Source of the DNA: Laetmonice hystrix
Lineage: Eukaryota
Direction of reading: 5' to 3'
Length of the DNA stretch: 64,000 nucleotides
Assembly: GCA_965235115.1 (NCBI GenBank)
Contig: OZ249437.1
Location: 10,602,001-10,666,000, forward strand
The notes beneath the pieces are model-generated. The model saw only the letters and a program-made list of their open reading frames with translations, did not search any database and was not told the origin of the DNA. The position numbers and the translations under genes are program-made. Each line of letters opens with the position of its first letter. Position 1 is the first letter of the stretch. Of the stretch, positions 43,301-56,600 are shown one piece after another.

Positions 43301-43774
43301 CCTGGAGCAAGGGAAAAGTCGGCGTCTCGGAACATGAGGCTGGGCCAATCGAAAATCCCATTATGTCTTGATGGGGTCACGATGCCCAACGAATGCCATT
43401 AAAACCTCGATCTTGGCTGCCTTCATCGGATGCACGATATATACATTGTAGTCTCAAGAACGTAATTATCTATATGTGTGCATATAAACAACCATGCAGT
43501 GATTGTGTTTGTATGTATGTGTACACAAGTGCCTAACGTATCATCTATATGAACAGAAGGTATACAGAGGACCCTGTATTTCATACAATCATTTTCTCAT
43601 TGTCCATACCTCCGTACACCTCCACTACCGTGACCTGCTCCCTGGCCCGGTAAAAACAAAACAAAAACCAAATGATATATTGTGACGCGGCGTGTCAGAC
43701 ACACGTGCCGCCATTATTACGTCATGAATTAATGCCATCCCTGTAACACGACCATCATATATACGTCTGCTCAC

Positions 43775-43832
43775 CTCTTTTGATTACCGAGTTGTGTTCG
43801 CCGGATATGTAGTTGCCAGTGTCTTCCATGCT
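43775..43832 (-). CDS. TFAP2: AP-2 exon 3 (58 nt short linker exon)
   Basis: Acceptor ttttacag|AGC ATG GAA and donor AAA AGA G|gtgagc. Encodes SMEDTGNYISGEHNSVIKR(A), resembling the vertebrate exon 3 ending TVIKK. Phase 0 in and phase 1 out exactly bridge exons 2 and 4. Confidence 0.86.
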
Positions 43833-46222
43833 CTGTAAAATACGAGACAACGAGAAAAGTGTTAATTGATTCTATATTAATTGTTGTGCAGGTTTATAAT
43901 ACATCTGTGATAAGCTCAAATAGTATATTGTTTCGCAAGTGTACATAAAACATCAAGTATAGACCAATGCTGGATTCACAGTCGACAATAACAAGGCAGT
44001 TACGAACAGAAAAATAAGAAAAGAAAGAAAAAAAACTGGAATGCTAGGCAGAGTTGATACCAGGCTCATACCGAGGTGAAGCGACACTGAAGGCGTGAGA
44101 CCCACTTGGAGGCCTTATTGTCTTGTAGGATTTCAAGGTTTCCCCCTCCCCCCTACCTCCCTACAGATCAGCCACCTCTGCCCTCGTGCTCGCAGCATCC
44201 CCATCATTAAGCACGGCACAAAAGCACTCTTTGACATCGTAATGGCGCTATTCGTGGCGAAATCATCGCCGCACATTTGTATTTCCCCCCGCCCGAAACA
44301 CGATTACAAACCTATTATTTATGATAATACAGCGGCTTTGTCACCGACCAGAGAACGCTTCCCCCCGGGTAATCCTCCGTAAAACGGGCCCTTTTAGTGG
44401 TGTGTGATTATTGTCACAACTAAATAATCGGCCAGCTTTTCATGGAAGGCCAGAATTGTGTGTGATTGTGCCCGGCTGTGTTTTTGTGCGAAGCGCGCCT
44501 CAAAATGAGTCGATAAGAATGGTTCGACAGACTGGCCATTTGGTGGCGGAGTCTGCGCGTGCGCAAACAGAAGCAAACAGACGTACATATGCCGACGCTC
44601 AAATTGATACGTCGACCTTCTGCCTCAGCAAGCAGATGCCAATGATGCGGCCACCAAGGGAGAGAGGGAGGGGAGAGAGGGAGGGGAGAGAGGGAGAGAG
44701 AGAGTGGCGTTGAGAGGAGGCGTAGCGATGACTTGCGATGTCTGCGTCACCGTCACATCCCCTCGCCACCACACATCGCCTATTCTCTTTAACTCTTCGC
44801 TCGCCTCCCTGACAAATCGGTGCATCCGTCTGCCATCTAGCTGCTTAAATCAATACCTTTAGTTTTTATCATTTCTTTTTTTTCTACTTCTGTCTTTTAG
44901 ATTCTCTACTCAGCTCAAGTCTTTAGTCTTATTCACTTTCAGGGTATAGAATAAATTCGTTTAGACGTCTAGCGCGCATAGATGCTCCATTATTGTTTTC
45001 CGTCAACGCTTGTTTGATAGATGAAGTGAAAAAAGTTGAGCAGAGAGGAGGGGGGGGGGCACATGTAACCGAACCCGACCAGTAGGGGCTTAGAGTTAGT
45101 ATTGATGTCATTCGGAGGAGCTACGTTATGCGAAAGAAAGGAATAAGGATAAATAATGCACATTATAGGTGTTTATTATTTATATGCTCGGCAGACAACG
45201 TGTAATAATTGATGGAGTTGTCGGGCCGGTTCAAAGCGAGTGTAAAACAAAAGGTTTTGTGGCAATGGCTCTCAGGCCAGCATCTCCGTGGGAGTAAATG
45301 GGGAGAGTGACTGGCTCGACAAACTGTCGTCGAGACGCGCTGATTGCTTTGTTCATTTTGGCAATCAATGGCAAAAATCCAGGGTAAGTTTTTGCCATAG
45401 ATAACAGACTATACACCCATTTCGTTGGTGTCGCGTAGAAAGCCTATACCGTACTACCATGTACTGCTTACTGCAATCTATGATGTACTGTCTATATACA
45501 GTGCGTCGCCAGGGTAACTGTCAACACTCAGCACATCTGCCGAGAACCTGTCTGCCACGGTGACAATAGCACACTCACCCCAAACACCCCCAATTAAAAC
45601 AGCGTCCATCTGATCAGTATCGGGTTTCTCAAACTGCCTCTTTTAAATTGGTAGAGTAATTTTTATAGGTGCTTCAAACAATAACTGTATACAAGCGAGT
45701 CGGCTGGCATCTCTTTTTAGAACAACTGGGATATAAATAGATCATGTCGCCCGGAGCGAAGATGGACAGGGAAATATGGTATACGCATGGTGAAGAGTAG
45801 GCCGACTTGCATGGTTTACGGCGTAAAGGTTTAACATTCGGCACTTTTTGACAACAAACTGACTTTGCTCAGTCCAGAGGGGGAACTGTCCATATTAGTC
45901 TATTTCTCTGTCAATTTATTTATATTTTTCTTCATGGTTTTCTCTATAAAAACCCGGTATGTATAATGTGACATTAATGTAAAACGGACGACACTTTGTT
46001 CTTTGAGGGGTCAGTTACGGTTTTGTTGTAATACCCACCCGCTGTGACTGATGCCTATTCGTAACATATGCTGCCATCACAAACCAAAAGAACCGATGCT
46101 TTAGACATCAACATTGACGTCGATTCCATAGGAACGACCACGTTATAGTGAATAATCCATTGATCGCGTTATATTTAGGTCATTTGTCCAATTGTTGCTA
46201 AAAGGGTTGCGCCCACCTCCAA

Positions 46223-46321
46223 TGCCCCCGGGCGCCCCACAATCACAGCCCGGGCACAGTTTCCAAGATGGCTGGCCTTGCCCCAGGGCCCCCGGCCTAC
46301 ACGGCCGTGATGCCCGCCGGC
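46223..46321. promoter_or_regulatory. Intron 2 cluster of overlapping AP-2 consensus sites; candidate autoregulatory enhancer
   Basis: TGCCCCCGGGCG (46223), TGCCCCAGGGCC (46279), GCCCCCGGC (46288), GCCTACACGGC (46295, N5) and GCCCGCCGGC (46312). Confidence 0.45.
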
Positions 46322-49300
46322 GATTCCCCAACTCTGCCTCCCAACCCCGTCACATCGCATCAACTCATGTGTGACCTACACTGGCGGTAAGTGAGGGAAC
46401 TAGGCCCCCTTACACGCCCAGGCTGATGACAACGCGACACTGGACGAGCCGACACCCCATCACACAACCTTCACAACCCAACGTATGTCCTCTTCATCAA
46501 CCGACCAGAGTTCGGGCTAGGATGGTTGGTAAAACTCCCATCTCAGTATAAATGTATCATTATCTCACAGGAGACGAACACTCCTGGCGAGGGGTTAACA
46601 CCAATCGCTGGGTGAGGTCCTAGCTGGAAAATTTCACTCCCTTCAAGATTAAACAAAAGCGTATTGTTCAATGTCGGCTTTAAGTTACACTCACTGAACG
46701 TTCAGATGGAAACGCGATACTTATTGAAAAGCAAGATTTTTTTTCCTTTCGTCGGCCTGGCACTCTCTATCACTAAGTCAATGATTCTGCCGAGCCATTT
46801 CCTAGTTCCTGAAACTTTGATTCAACAAAACCTTTGCGAAAAAGTTCACCAAGGCCCGGCAGTCCCAGGTACCATGCAGCCAGACAGTGCTGCGTGCGAA
46901 TTACGAAAGTCTCTTTTTTTCTCTCGTCTCTCTCCCAATATCTGTCTAAAGAACATTTTGCCCCGTCAACACGTTCTGCATGTGGTACTGGTAGGCGGTG
47001 GCTTCTCTAGGCCCCAGACCGTCGTATCCGACATTTTGTCTGGGCGGCGAGAAGGGGTGACTCCGAGGGGGAGCTTGGTGGGGAGGCTACATTGAGTCAG
47101 CTCGTGTCTGTTGCTTTTGTAGTATGACCCGCCTTCAAAGGGACTACGGAGTGCGGCTTTGTTGGTTGCCTTTCTCATGCAAAGCCCAATCAAACAAGGG
47201 TCCAAAAGGAGGCTGCGGACTCAAGTAACTGGCCTAATTGTCTACAAACACCCAGGCTAAGCGAACTGTAGTTATAGAGGTCATACGTCAAAGCGGCCTA
47301 GTTGGAGGCGTGACGTAATCAGATAAAGCATGTATCTTAGCTGGACTGGAGTCCATTAGAACGAAGGCCACCAGGACGAGCGTGGTGTCATCTTTGTGAA
47401 GGATGCGTTGACAGACTCGCTTTAGTAACATCTGGTTTGGAAGGACACATTATACTTTCACTCAGCAGGTCTCGCTTGGTCGAGCGTTCATAACAAACAC
47501 AAGTGGAGAACAGAGAGAGAGAGGAGAGAGGGGAGAGAAGGGAGAGAGAGGAAAGATGTGGCTGCGCGCGCACGGAGACAAACATGAACGGAACCACTGG
47601 CGTGCAATTAAAAGGATTGTCGTACATCTGTTTCAGGACCCTGCGTCCTTGTACAACAAGCTTTATATAAATAAAACCGAATGTCCTGACGTGAAGCCCA
47701 TCTGATCTGCTGATCCAGATCGATGTCCTCTCTAACCCACACTCCGAGTTAAAACTAAAAACACTTTGAGAATAGATCTCTTGACGGGGGGACAGAGGGA
47801 AACTTTGCGCATTGGTCGACGCACGACGCCATACCCGAACAATGCATTCCGGCCAAATCACATAAACCATCTCACTCCATCATTTAGTTGGACACTACGC
47901 TTCATTTTCAACTCATTGCCCTCAACACAATCGACCGACAACTCAACCGACGGTCTCGGTCCCAGTGGACACTCGGGCAAGATGGGACAAATTTGAGTCA
48001 AATTTCCCGGGTTGGATTCGCGATTGTCCGTTTCCCAGACGCCTTCAGATTTCGATAGAGTGTCTACCATAGACCCTGAATCATTGCACTGTGTAATGCA
48101 CTTGGGGCTGAAACCGCGCCCCACAGTGGGAGACCGTGGTAGCGAACGGTCGCCACGAGATGGCGTTGTAAACGCATTCTGCAAGACGCTTCCTGATAAA
48201 AAAAACCCCACTCGGCCAGGGCCACGTTACCAGACGTGAACGTAAATCGAATCGGCGAATTTTTCACCACCAGGCTCCGGAGTGCACTATGTTGTCTGTG
48301 AAAAGAAGCGCAGCTGATGGCTTTCCTGCGAAATATACACAGACAAGGGCATGTTTGGTTGTAAGGGTCTGCCCATGTAGCCTGCTGCCTCGACTCGACG
48401 TCAGGCTGGTTGTATGGAGGCAGACAGCGTGAACGGGTGATCATGGTCACGTCTTGCCGATCGACTGTGACTCGTACAACGTGACAAATGGTCGGCTTCC
48501 AATGAAGCCATGTGTCATGTTACGATAGCATATCGTCAACCCACTCTCCGCATCATGCTGTCCTTAGTTATCGTATTCACAGGGAGAAAACTTATCCGTG
48601 GAGGGCTATACATGATCCTTACTTCATGTACACATGGTAACATATGAAATTGTATGCATTGTGTGATATATTACACTTGCCACATTACTTATGGTAGGTA
48701 GGCCTATCACTCGGTTAATGTAGCTACACTCGGACTTTGAGCGTCTGTTGCAGGATGTGTATAGGTCCTCTATGTAAGACAATATTAGCGTAAAGATCTT
48801 AATTTTGGACGGTGATATTCATTTTGATCATTTACAGATCAACAGAAACATTAATTTTATAGAATACGTAATGACTCAAAGTACCATGTTGAAATATGAT
48901 CTGCCTGTCGGGATGGTAAATTCCTAACCCGATACATGTAAGTACAACTTGTATCATATAACACTTGGGCTGGCTGGACGGTGGTCAGTCAGGCTGTTGC
49001 TGAGGTCAAGTCGGAGTTAGGTCTATTGGGGCACAGATACACACCTTGCTGACACTGACCGCCCAACAAACTGACCGTTCGCCACCGTGTGTGCGCATAA
49101 CGTCACCACGTCAGGCTCCGACAGAAAAACGTGTGTACGCATGCGCCGGATCCCTCACACATCTCGCGAGAAGCGAGAAGCCAGGGTGTGTACACGTGAC
49201 GATCTCAGAGTGAGATCCGGGGTGCAGTGATTACCTTCATTAGCGTCTCTCAATGGCGACGATCGCGCCTCGGTCGCCGACAAGAGGGAGAAATTGAGCG

Positions 49301-52300
49301 ACGCTACGCACAGTTCTATTACATGTGCTAATAAATAATTTACCCGTTGGCTGCTCATCTTTCAATGTCCATCGTTTGCAATTAGCCTCACTACCGACAG
49401 TGGATGCGAACGGTTTCTATCCGTGTCGTCTTGGCCTGTCCTTTCATGCTAGCGGTGCACTCGGTGTATAGGGGACGGAAGGGGGCACATAGGTGTGCGT
49501 GTCTGCCGTGAAAAACTCCCCAGTCCGAGTTCCTTAGAGATCCAGGCTTCAGTGCCTTAGTTACTCCAGCATCAACACTACCACAACCCCTCTCCCTTCT
49601 CTCTCCCTCTCTCCGCTAACTCTCTTCCAGATGCTCCTTTTAGTTTTTGTCCTTTTTTTTTCTTTCGCACAATCTGCTCACGAGGCAGAAGTAGATGGAG
49701 CCGCGGAATTCCCGATAACGTTGGTGTATTTCTCTTAGCGCTCTGGTAACCCTGAGAATTGAGATGTGTTGGGGGGTGTTAACACACGTCCGTCATGCGT
49801 ATGATTACAGTAACCTCACGTCATGCAGCGTTCGCAGTCACAGGTGTTGTCAGCCCAGGTGAGACTCCGCTAATCATACCCATTCATGACCAGAACCTAC
49901 ACCTATTATAGTCATTACATGTATGTCTTTACCCTTTTTTCCTTATTATATTCATTGTGTTCACGCTACTGGCTGGGTCTCTGTCCTGTAGTCTGATAGA
50001 CAGTAGTAATTGGGTCGATCAAGACTGTAATACATGTAATACATGTAATACTGCAGGTAACACCTTATACTTACACCTATATTATATTCATCGGGGCCTG
50101 ACCTGATTAGAGGCGTTGTTATGCAAACTGTTAACTCTCCTTCATTAATTGTAACCCCCCTGTGGTCAGACCCCTTGCGGTTACTTTGCCACCTGCCCTC
50201 AGGGAAGGAGTGTTACAAATTCAACTTACGAAATTAGTTTAGATTAGTAATTTCTCTCAAAGAATGGTGGTGCTTTGTTAATTTTCTAGTGATATAGTAC
50301 GCTGTAATTGTTATTGGCCATTAAGCATAGGTTTCACATAACACAGTAAACGGTAGCGGTATACTGAAGGTTTGAATGGATTCCTATACTTTCACCTCGC
50401 GTGTACTGATACTATAGGAAGGCGCCTTTTCTTCAGGAAGGAAACCAAGGAAAGACTGCCAGGATCCTAGAGTTTTACAGGTACAGAGTGCACGCGCGTA
50501 CCAAAAGTCCAGACGAATCTTGTTTTCATAAACTTGGCGCGGGGTGAGTGCCATTTGTTGCCGCATAAAGTGTTTAAAATGGTGGAAAATCGGTCTATTC
50601 ATGACCAGCGATGGCATTTGGCACTCGGAGGGCCGAGTTCTCCGGACAGAAGTAAGGTTTTGCCCGTGTCGAGGCAATCAGTCTACGTCTGCACCTGCTT
50701 AGTTTAAAAACTACCAGCCTCGGAAAGAAACATCACCCTGCCATCAGACAAAACCGAAAAAAAGGACGCCAGAAAAATAGTCTTGCAATATTCATTTCCT
50801 CTTCCCACAGAAGCAGGATTTAAATCACTCCAGATGCATAGATATGTTAACTAATATATTTTAAAAAGTAACTACGGGAGTTAAGATTTATGGAGGCAGT
50901 TTGTCTCTGTGTTCTTATTTCCAAGGCAGATTTTAGTTTGGGCTATTTGTCTTGATAATATAAGACCTTGCTGTGGTGAATTAACCAGACAGTCTGTTAG
51001 AGCCATCCTGCGTAGTTCGAAAGACCAACTATACAAGTACCACGGATACAGGGGCAGCTCGTTTACCGTTATCGGCATTTGGCCGCATTGGTCTAAAATC
51101 CCAGCTCCTTTAAGGCATTTCCCTTACAATCCGCTCCAAGACGGCACGCCCCTTTCTAAACGGAGTATTTGCAGAGGAGCAGCCATAACAGTATTAGTGG
51201 TTGGGGCGTGGACTTAGGGAAAGCCACCCCCGCATGCACGGTGTAGCTCGTTAAGGCCGTTTTCATGTTGCTTGAGCCCGGCCTTCCGCTGGTGGGAGGG
51301 TGCCTTGATCACAACATGAGCTCAACATAACCCTTGACCGACCCCAGCTGATGGCAAAGTTTTCAGGCCTGATTAACACTGGGGTTCAGTCACAGAAAAT
51401 ACTGTGGAAAATACAGCATGGCTGGCAAGTTCAGATTATCAGGAGCGATGTTTGCTAATCTTAAAAACAAATATTTGAAGACTGGCTTGTTGGGTTCGTA
51501 GAGTTTACGTCATAGGCAGCGCTTGGATTCACATTCTTGGAATCTTACTTTACACTGAAGTTCAAAAGTTTCCTGCTAGTATTAACACTACTGAAGAAAC
51601 ATGCATGTCGGTAGCTCGGCTATATCATAATATTTTATACTCTAAGTTCTGCATTCAATGGTTCTCCCATCCAGAGGCTCACTGATTGTATTATAGCTAT
51701 TTTCGATCGCCCGACCTCCAATTGGCCTGTTAACCAATGGAGAACTCAAAAATAGCTTGTAGTGATATATTGTTAGCTTGTCCAGACGTGCTGTCCCCGT
51801 GATATTCCCAGCCAGTTATCATAATTAGATACGTGTCCTGATACACCCCCTGCCCTCGTACCCCAAACCTCAGCCACACCCTATACCCCATTATAAAACC
51901 TACATGACTGGTGGGATTTGTTAGGGGGGCTGCCCTGATTTTTGAAGGTGGGGTTAATTTTTGTGATTACGAAGCGTGTAAAAGGCTGGCACAAAGCGGT
52001 CATTGGCGGCTAGATAAGGACTCAAATAGGGGTTGGCAGTGGTCGGGGGTCTGGTGGATACCTGATATGCCTTCACTGGCAGGGCTGCCTTATATCGAAC
52101 AAGTTGGCTGTGAAGCGGAGGGCAGGGAGGGGGGTATAGTGAGTATGGCCGGTGTGAGCCTACGGATTTGGCCGTGATAATGCCTCGCTGTGTTCGTCCC
52201 CCCGGCCCGGACACAAAGGCAGCGGGACACACAGGGACAGACTTGTCCCAGCGGAGGCCAAGGTGTGGTCGCAGTATTGTCCCTGACCATAGCGTCCACA

Positions 52301-53562
52301 GATCGGACATGACGTTAGGGGATGGATGACCCTATATAAAGACAGGTCCTTGTCTGTATATTCAGATATATCCAACCACCACCTGAGCGGTCCGTATATA
52401 AAACATTCAATGGGGTAAGTCTGCCAGTCTATCCTAGAGGGATGGGTGGGGTGTGTAAGTAGAAAATTACTACAGCTTTATTCTGGTCTCTTAAATAGGT
52501 CAAAGTATTGAGTAAGTGGGTGTATGTGTGAGCACGAGGTGCTGGCCATGATATGTGGACATATACACACAGTCAAATCGAGTGTTTCACTAATGCAGCA
52601 ACTATATGGATTGCCAAACAACCGTGTTTGATTCATGAACCGACATGACTAGCTCCTGACTTACAACATGTCCGTAGGGGGTCTCTTCGCAAATCACACG
52701 GCTATAACGGGTACACAACCACGTCACTATATGTCAGTCACATCATAACTAGAACGCATAAAGGAGGAGCGTTTGTAAAGACAACCTCGGAGAAGTTGAT
52801 CAGAACGGTTCATTCAGCCCTTATAATGCACGGGTTATGCGTGCACAATGCCCGGTTATATTTAGCTCGATTGCAAAATAATGTAACGGAGGTCATCTGG
52901 GTGGGTTTGGGCTCCCGGGGCTATGGGTCAGGACGCGCCGGGCGTCTGGGAGCGTAGTAACGGGTAGTAACAGTAGTCGTACTACGAGCGGCCGTGCGGT
53001 CTCTATATCTGTAGTCGGATCCAGAGCAGAGCGCCCTAAGTTACAGATATCATCAAGGCCTTGCCACATGTACACCCCGCTGGTGGGGTGGATCTGAGTC
53101 TACACTCACGTTCGTCATGTGAATAGCCCCAATCATCGGAAGTTTACGACGGTTGTCGTGAGGCCGACAGAACTAACACGATCACTGCTTTAAACACGTC
53201 ATGCAGTCAATTTCATTCGACTGCGGCGTCGCTCGCCCAACGATTCAATAGGCGAATAAGGAAACGCGGTTAGTCATTAATTGAACGGAAAATAAAAGAG
53301 AAAATCGAATTGATCGCCGACACTATCCCGTTGGCAGACAACTGGGCATTGGGTTGTTACGTGGAAAAAAGGGGCTGTGTGGGGTGGGTGGGGGTTGGGG
53401 CAGGGGTCGATCTGGGTCTATGGGGGAAGGGGTAGGCCTATATCTAGGCCTAAAGTTTCAGTTAGTGGTTAACTGATGCAGAAACTCCCGGACTCCGTCA
53501 AGCCCGGAAGGATGAATGTGTGGACAGGGCTCGCGGTCCGTCTACTTGATCGACTGATACTC

Positions 53563-53646
53563 ATTTGGTGTGGGTGTGGTCATGTGTACGGTGGGGGTGG
53601 TGGGATTTGGTGTGGGTGTGGTCATGTGTACGGTCGGGGTGGGTGT
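53563..53646. repeat. 42-bp tandem duplication, GT-rich
   Basis: atttggtgtgggtgtggtcatgtgtacggt... at 53563 and 53605. Confidence 0.85.
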
Positions 53647-56600
53647 TGGGGGGGGGGGGGGTAGGTCGGTCCCACCGTTTCAAATTTGATTCGGTCGGTG
53701 GGGTACTACTAGTCTATAATACTACCAGTAAATTCGCCATGATGCTCACTCATAGTATACGCAACCCTCTCTCCCCGGTAGTCCACACCACCAGTAGCTA
53801 GCCCCACCTATCTCCTTAGTGCACAACCCGACCTAGCGGAAGAATTACGTGTCAAATCAGGTGAATGATATTATTGAGTTCAGTGAAGCCCGTGCATGTG
53901 TGTAATGTACCGCTAGTCTCAGTCTTGATAAGGCCACACCTAACACTTCCTATAACCTTACATTATACAGCAACGGGTTCTCGCTCAAACTTCAATTTAT
54001 AACCGAGTCGAGTGGAGTTTAAGAGAAGAACGTCGGAATGTTATGTGAGCTAAGAGAAATTGGCATGCTAACTATGCCGGGACAAACTTCGTACTGACCA
54101 GCGCTGATGGCCAGTCCCATACACTCTCACCCCACGCCACAGGACAAAATTGACCAAATTGAAGACAAATAAACACATAAAGCACGGTCGATGTAGTCGG
54201 GGAAGTTCCAAAGACCTCATGGCGCGGATCAGATGTGGTCTCAGCCGAAAACAATGATAAGACGTCTTTGAGCTCTGTGAAAATCGAAACCCTGGGCGAT
54301 AAAAGGTGCAGTGGCCAGTGCCAGCCGCGTGCAAGTCCCACCCGCTGTAGGGTAAATATTTATACGAGAAAATGGTCAAGGCTTGCTACTACAAAGGTTA
54401 TGGCCAACCTGGGAGTTGGGGGGCGTGGCTATACAACGCCGAAATTTGCAACAGTTGAAGATTGACGGTTGCCATTAAGCGTCAGCATATTGAAATGCGG
54501 ATGTAGCTACACACACGCTTGGCAGCCCCTAACTGCATATTTTAACAATGCAAGCATGACCTTATAAACAGATTTCGTCGATGTACCATGGTGGTAACGC
54601 CTCGCCTACCTATCCAACCGTAGTGTTGACCCATATTTCAAACACCTACCGAGTGAAGGGTGATGACGCAGGCGTAAAGTTTAAAGTTCTGATTGAAAAA
54701 TAAACTCTTCCTCTTTGTTTCTGATTCTCCGTCTAGACAAACACGTCTAGACAAACCGAAGTTCGATACTGTACAAACTAATTAAGGACTCGGCTAAGTG
54801 GATTACAACAGTACTGAGGTATGCCACAAGTAGGCCTACCCCCCCCCCACCTCCCCAATAGTATCGAGTATTTGATACAACTTGCGAGGTATATCGGCCC
54901 CCTACTGTGACGCCCCTCGGCATTATGACTGATCAGGCAACGAGGGGAATTGAGGGGGGGGGGGCAGACGTGTCAATTAGCATGTCATGTATACTCCGCT
55001 AAACGTGTGATATACAAGCTTACATAGACGAGACGCTATCAATGACGTCACAGACATGCTCATCGCCCGACGCGCCATCTGTCATCTGGGCGTAGTTTAC
55101 GCCGCGGTTCGAGTGCTGCGGTCGAGACTCATTCGTTTCCCAAACTCTCCCGCGCCGGGGCAGATAAGCGTAAAGATGTCAACACAAGTCTGTTTTGCCC
55201 AACTGATTGGCATGCATCTCTGAGTTTGTGAGTGAAAGCAGGGAGAGTCTGTGGCGGATCAGTGCCAGTAGGTGTACCGGAATTGGGTCTGCCGAGAAGG
55301 CGATGCCAGCCAAAGCAGCCGCGTTGTACTGCGTAAGGGGGAGGGGAGGGGGGTTCGTGCTGGCATCATTAGAAGATCAACGTGCGAATTTGCCTTGCAC
55401 CTTGCCTCTCGTCAGCCCTCCAAATTGGCCTCATAAGAAGGGCGAGTCTGTGACGGGGCGGGGCGGGTGTTACGCCGAGTTACGGGAGGTGCCCTCGGAC
55501 GTACGGTGGCGCTGAATGCAGCCACTTTCCTCCCATTATCTGACTTGATGGTCACCGTACTGCTCATCGTGGCACTGCGACCCTGCCTGGACCTACCACC
55601 AGTAGGCTACTTACCCTGCCTCACCACATCTCACAAACAAACACAGCCGAGGAACACCCCAACAGGATAATAAAAAAAACTGTGTGGGATGGCCTGGTTT
55701 TTATTGTAAAATCGTTAATTTGTTGGTCACTCAATTTCGGAGGAAGTTTAAGGTTAGTTTTGGAGATTTGCCTGTCAATTAATTGCTGATTACAGGTCTG
55801 TTTCAGTGTGAGAAACGAATGGGTCTGGTTAAAGCTATCCAAATGATTGAATTGGATATTAGCGACATTATTATTACGTGCTTCACCTGGAGCAGTTATA
55901 AATTGTTATGACACATGACCATCTTTTATTACGAGCGTTTTTACCACTGAGACGATAGGCGCATTTTACTGCATGCATGCATTCCCAAACGCGTGCTTCA
56001 AATAATACCAAAATAAGTTTGCGCTGTCTGAAACAGAAAAACCTAGCTCCGGTTACAGACATCGCATGCTAACCCCCTGTGGTTTCTTCAAGTCAGAGCT
56101 ATCGTGCGTTTCCCGCCAGAACTGGCATAAATCAATGACCCATTTTTAAGGAAGGTAACGCAACCTTTTCTATTGATCGATACCGTTTTTCACACCTCCT
56201 GTACATACGAGACGTGGTGTATAGACCGTTTCTGTGCAGGCATCGTGCCATTTCTCCTTGTTTTATACCTTGTCCAAAGGTTTTAACAAAGGTACCTGAA
56301 ACACGAGTCCTGGCTCGACACCCAACTATCCTGATAAAGCCTACCACAAACAAACGGAGAGCTCAGGGTTTTTTTTAACACTGCAAGGCTTCTGTTGTGT
56401 CTGATACCGTGGAGTGACACGTGGTCACAGTCGAGGCTGATCTTAGTATTTTGTCAGATTTTGTCTTCTCAAGCCAGCCTTCTCAATTTGCTCTCTGCGA
56501 AAAGGCAAACATGATCACGACATCCACGGTAACTATACCCCGTTCCTTGGCACACTCCCCAGAAACTGTTTCTCAAAATATGTGGTATGTATTTGTATGA

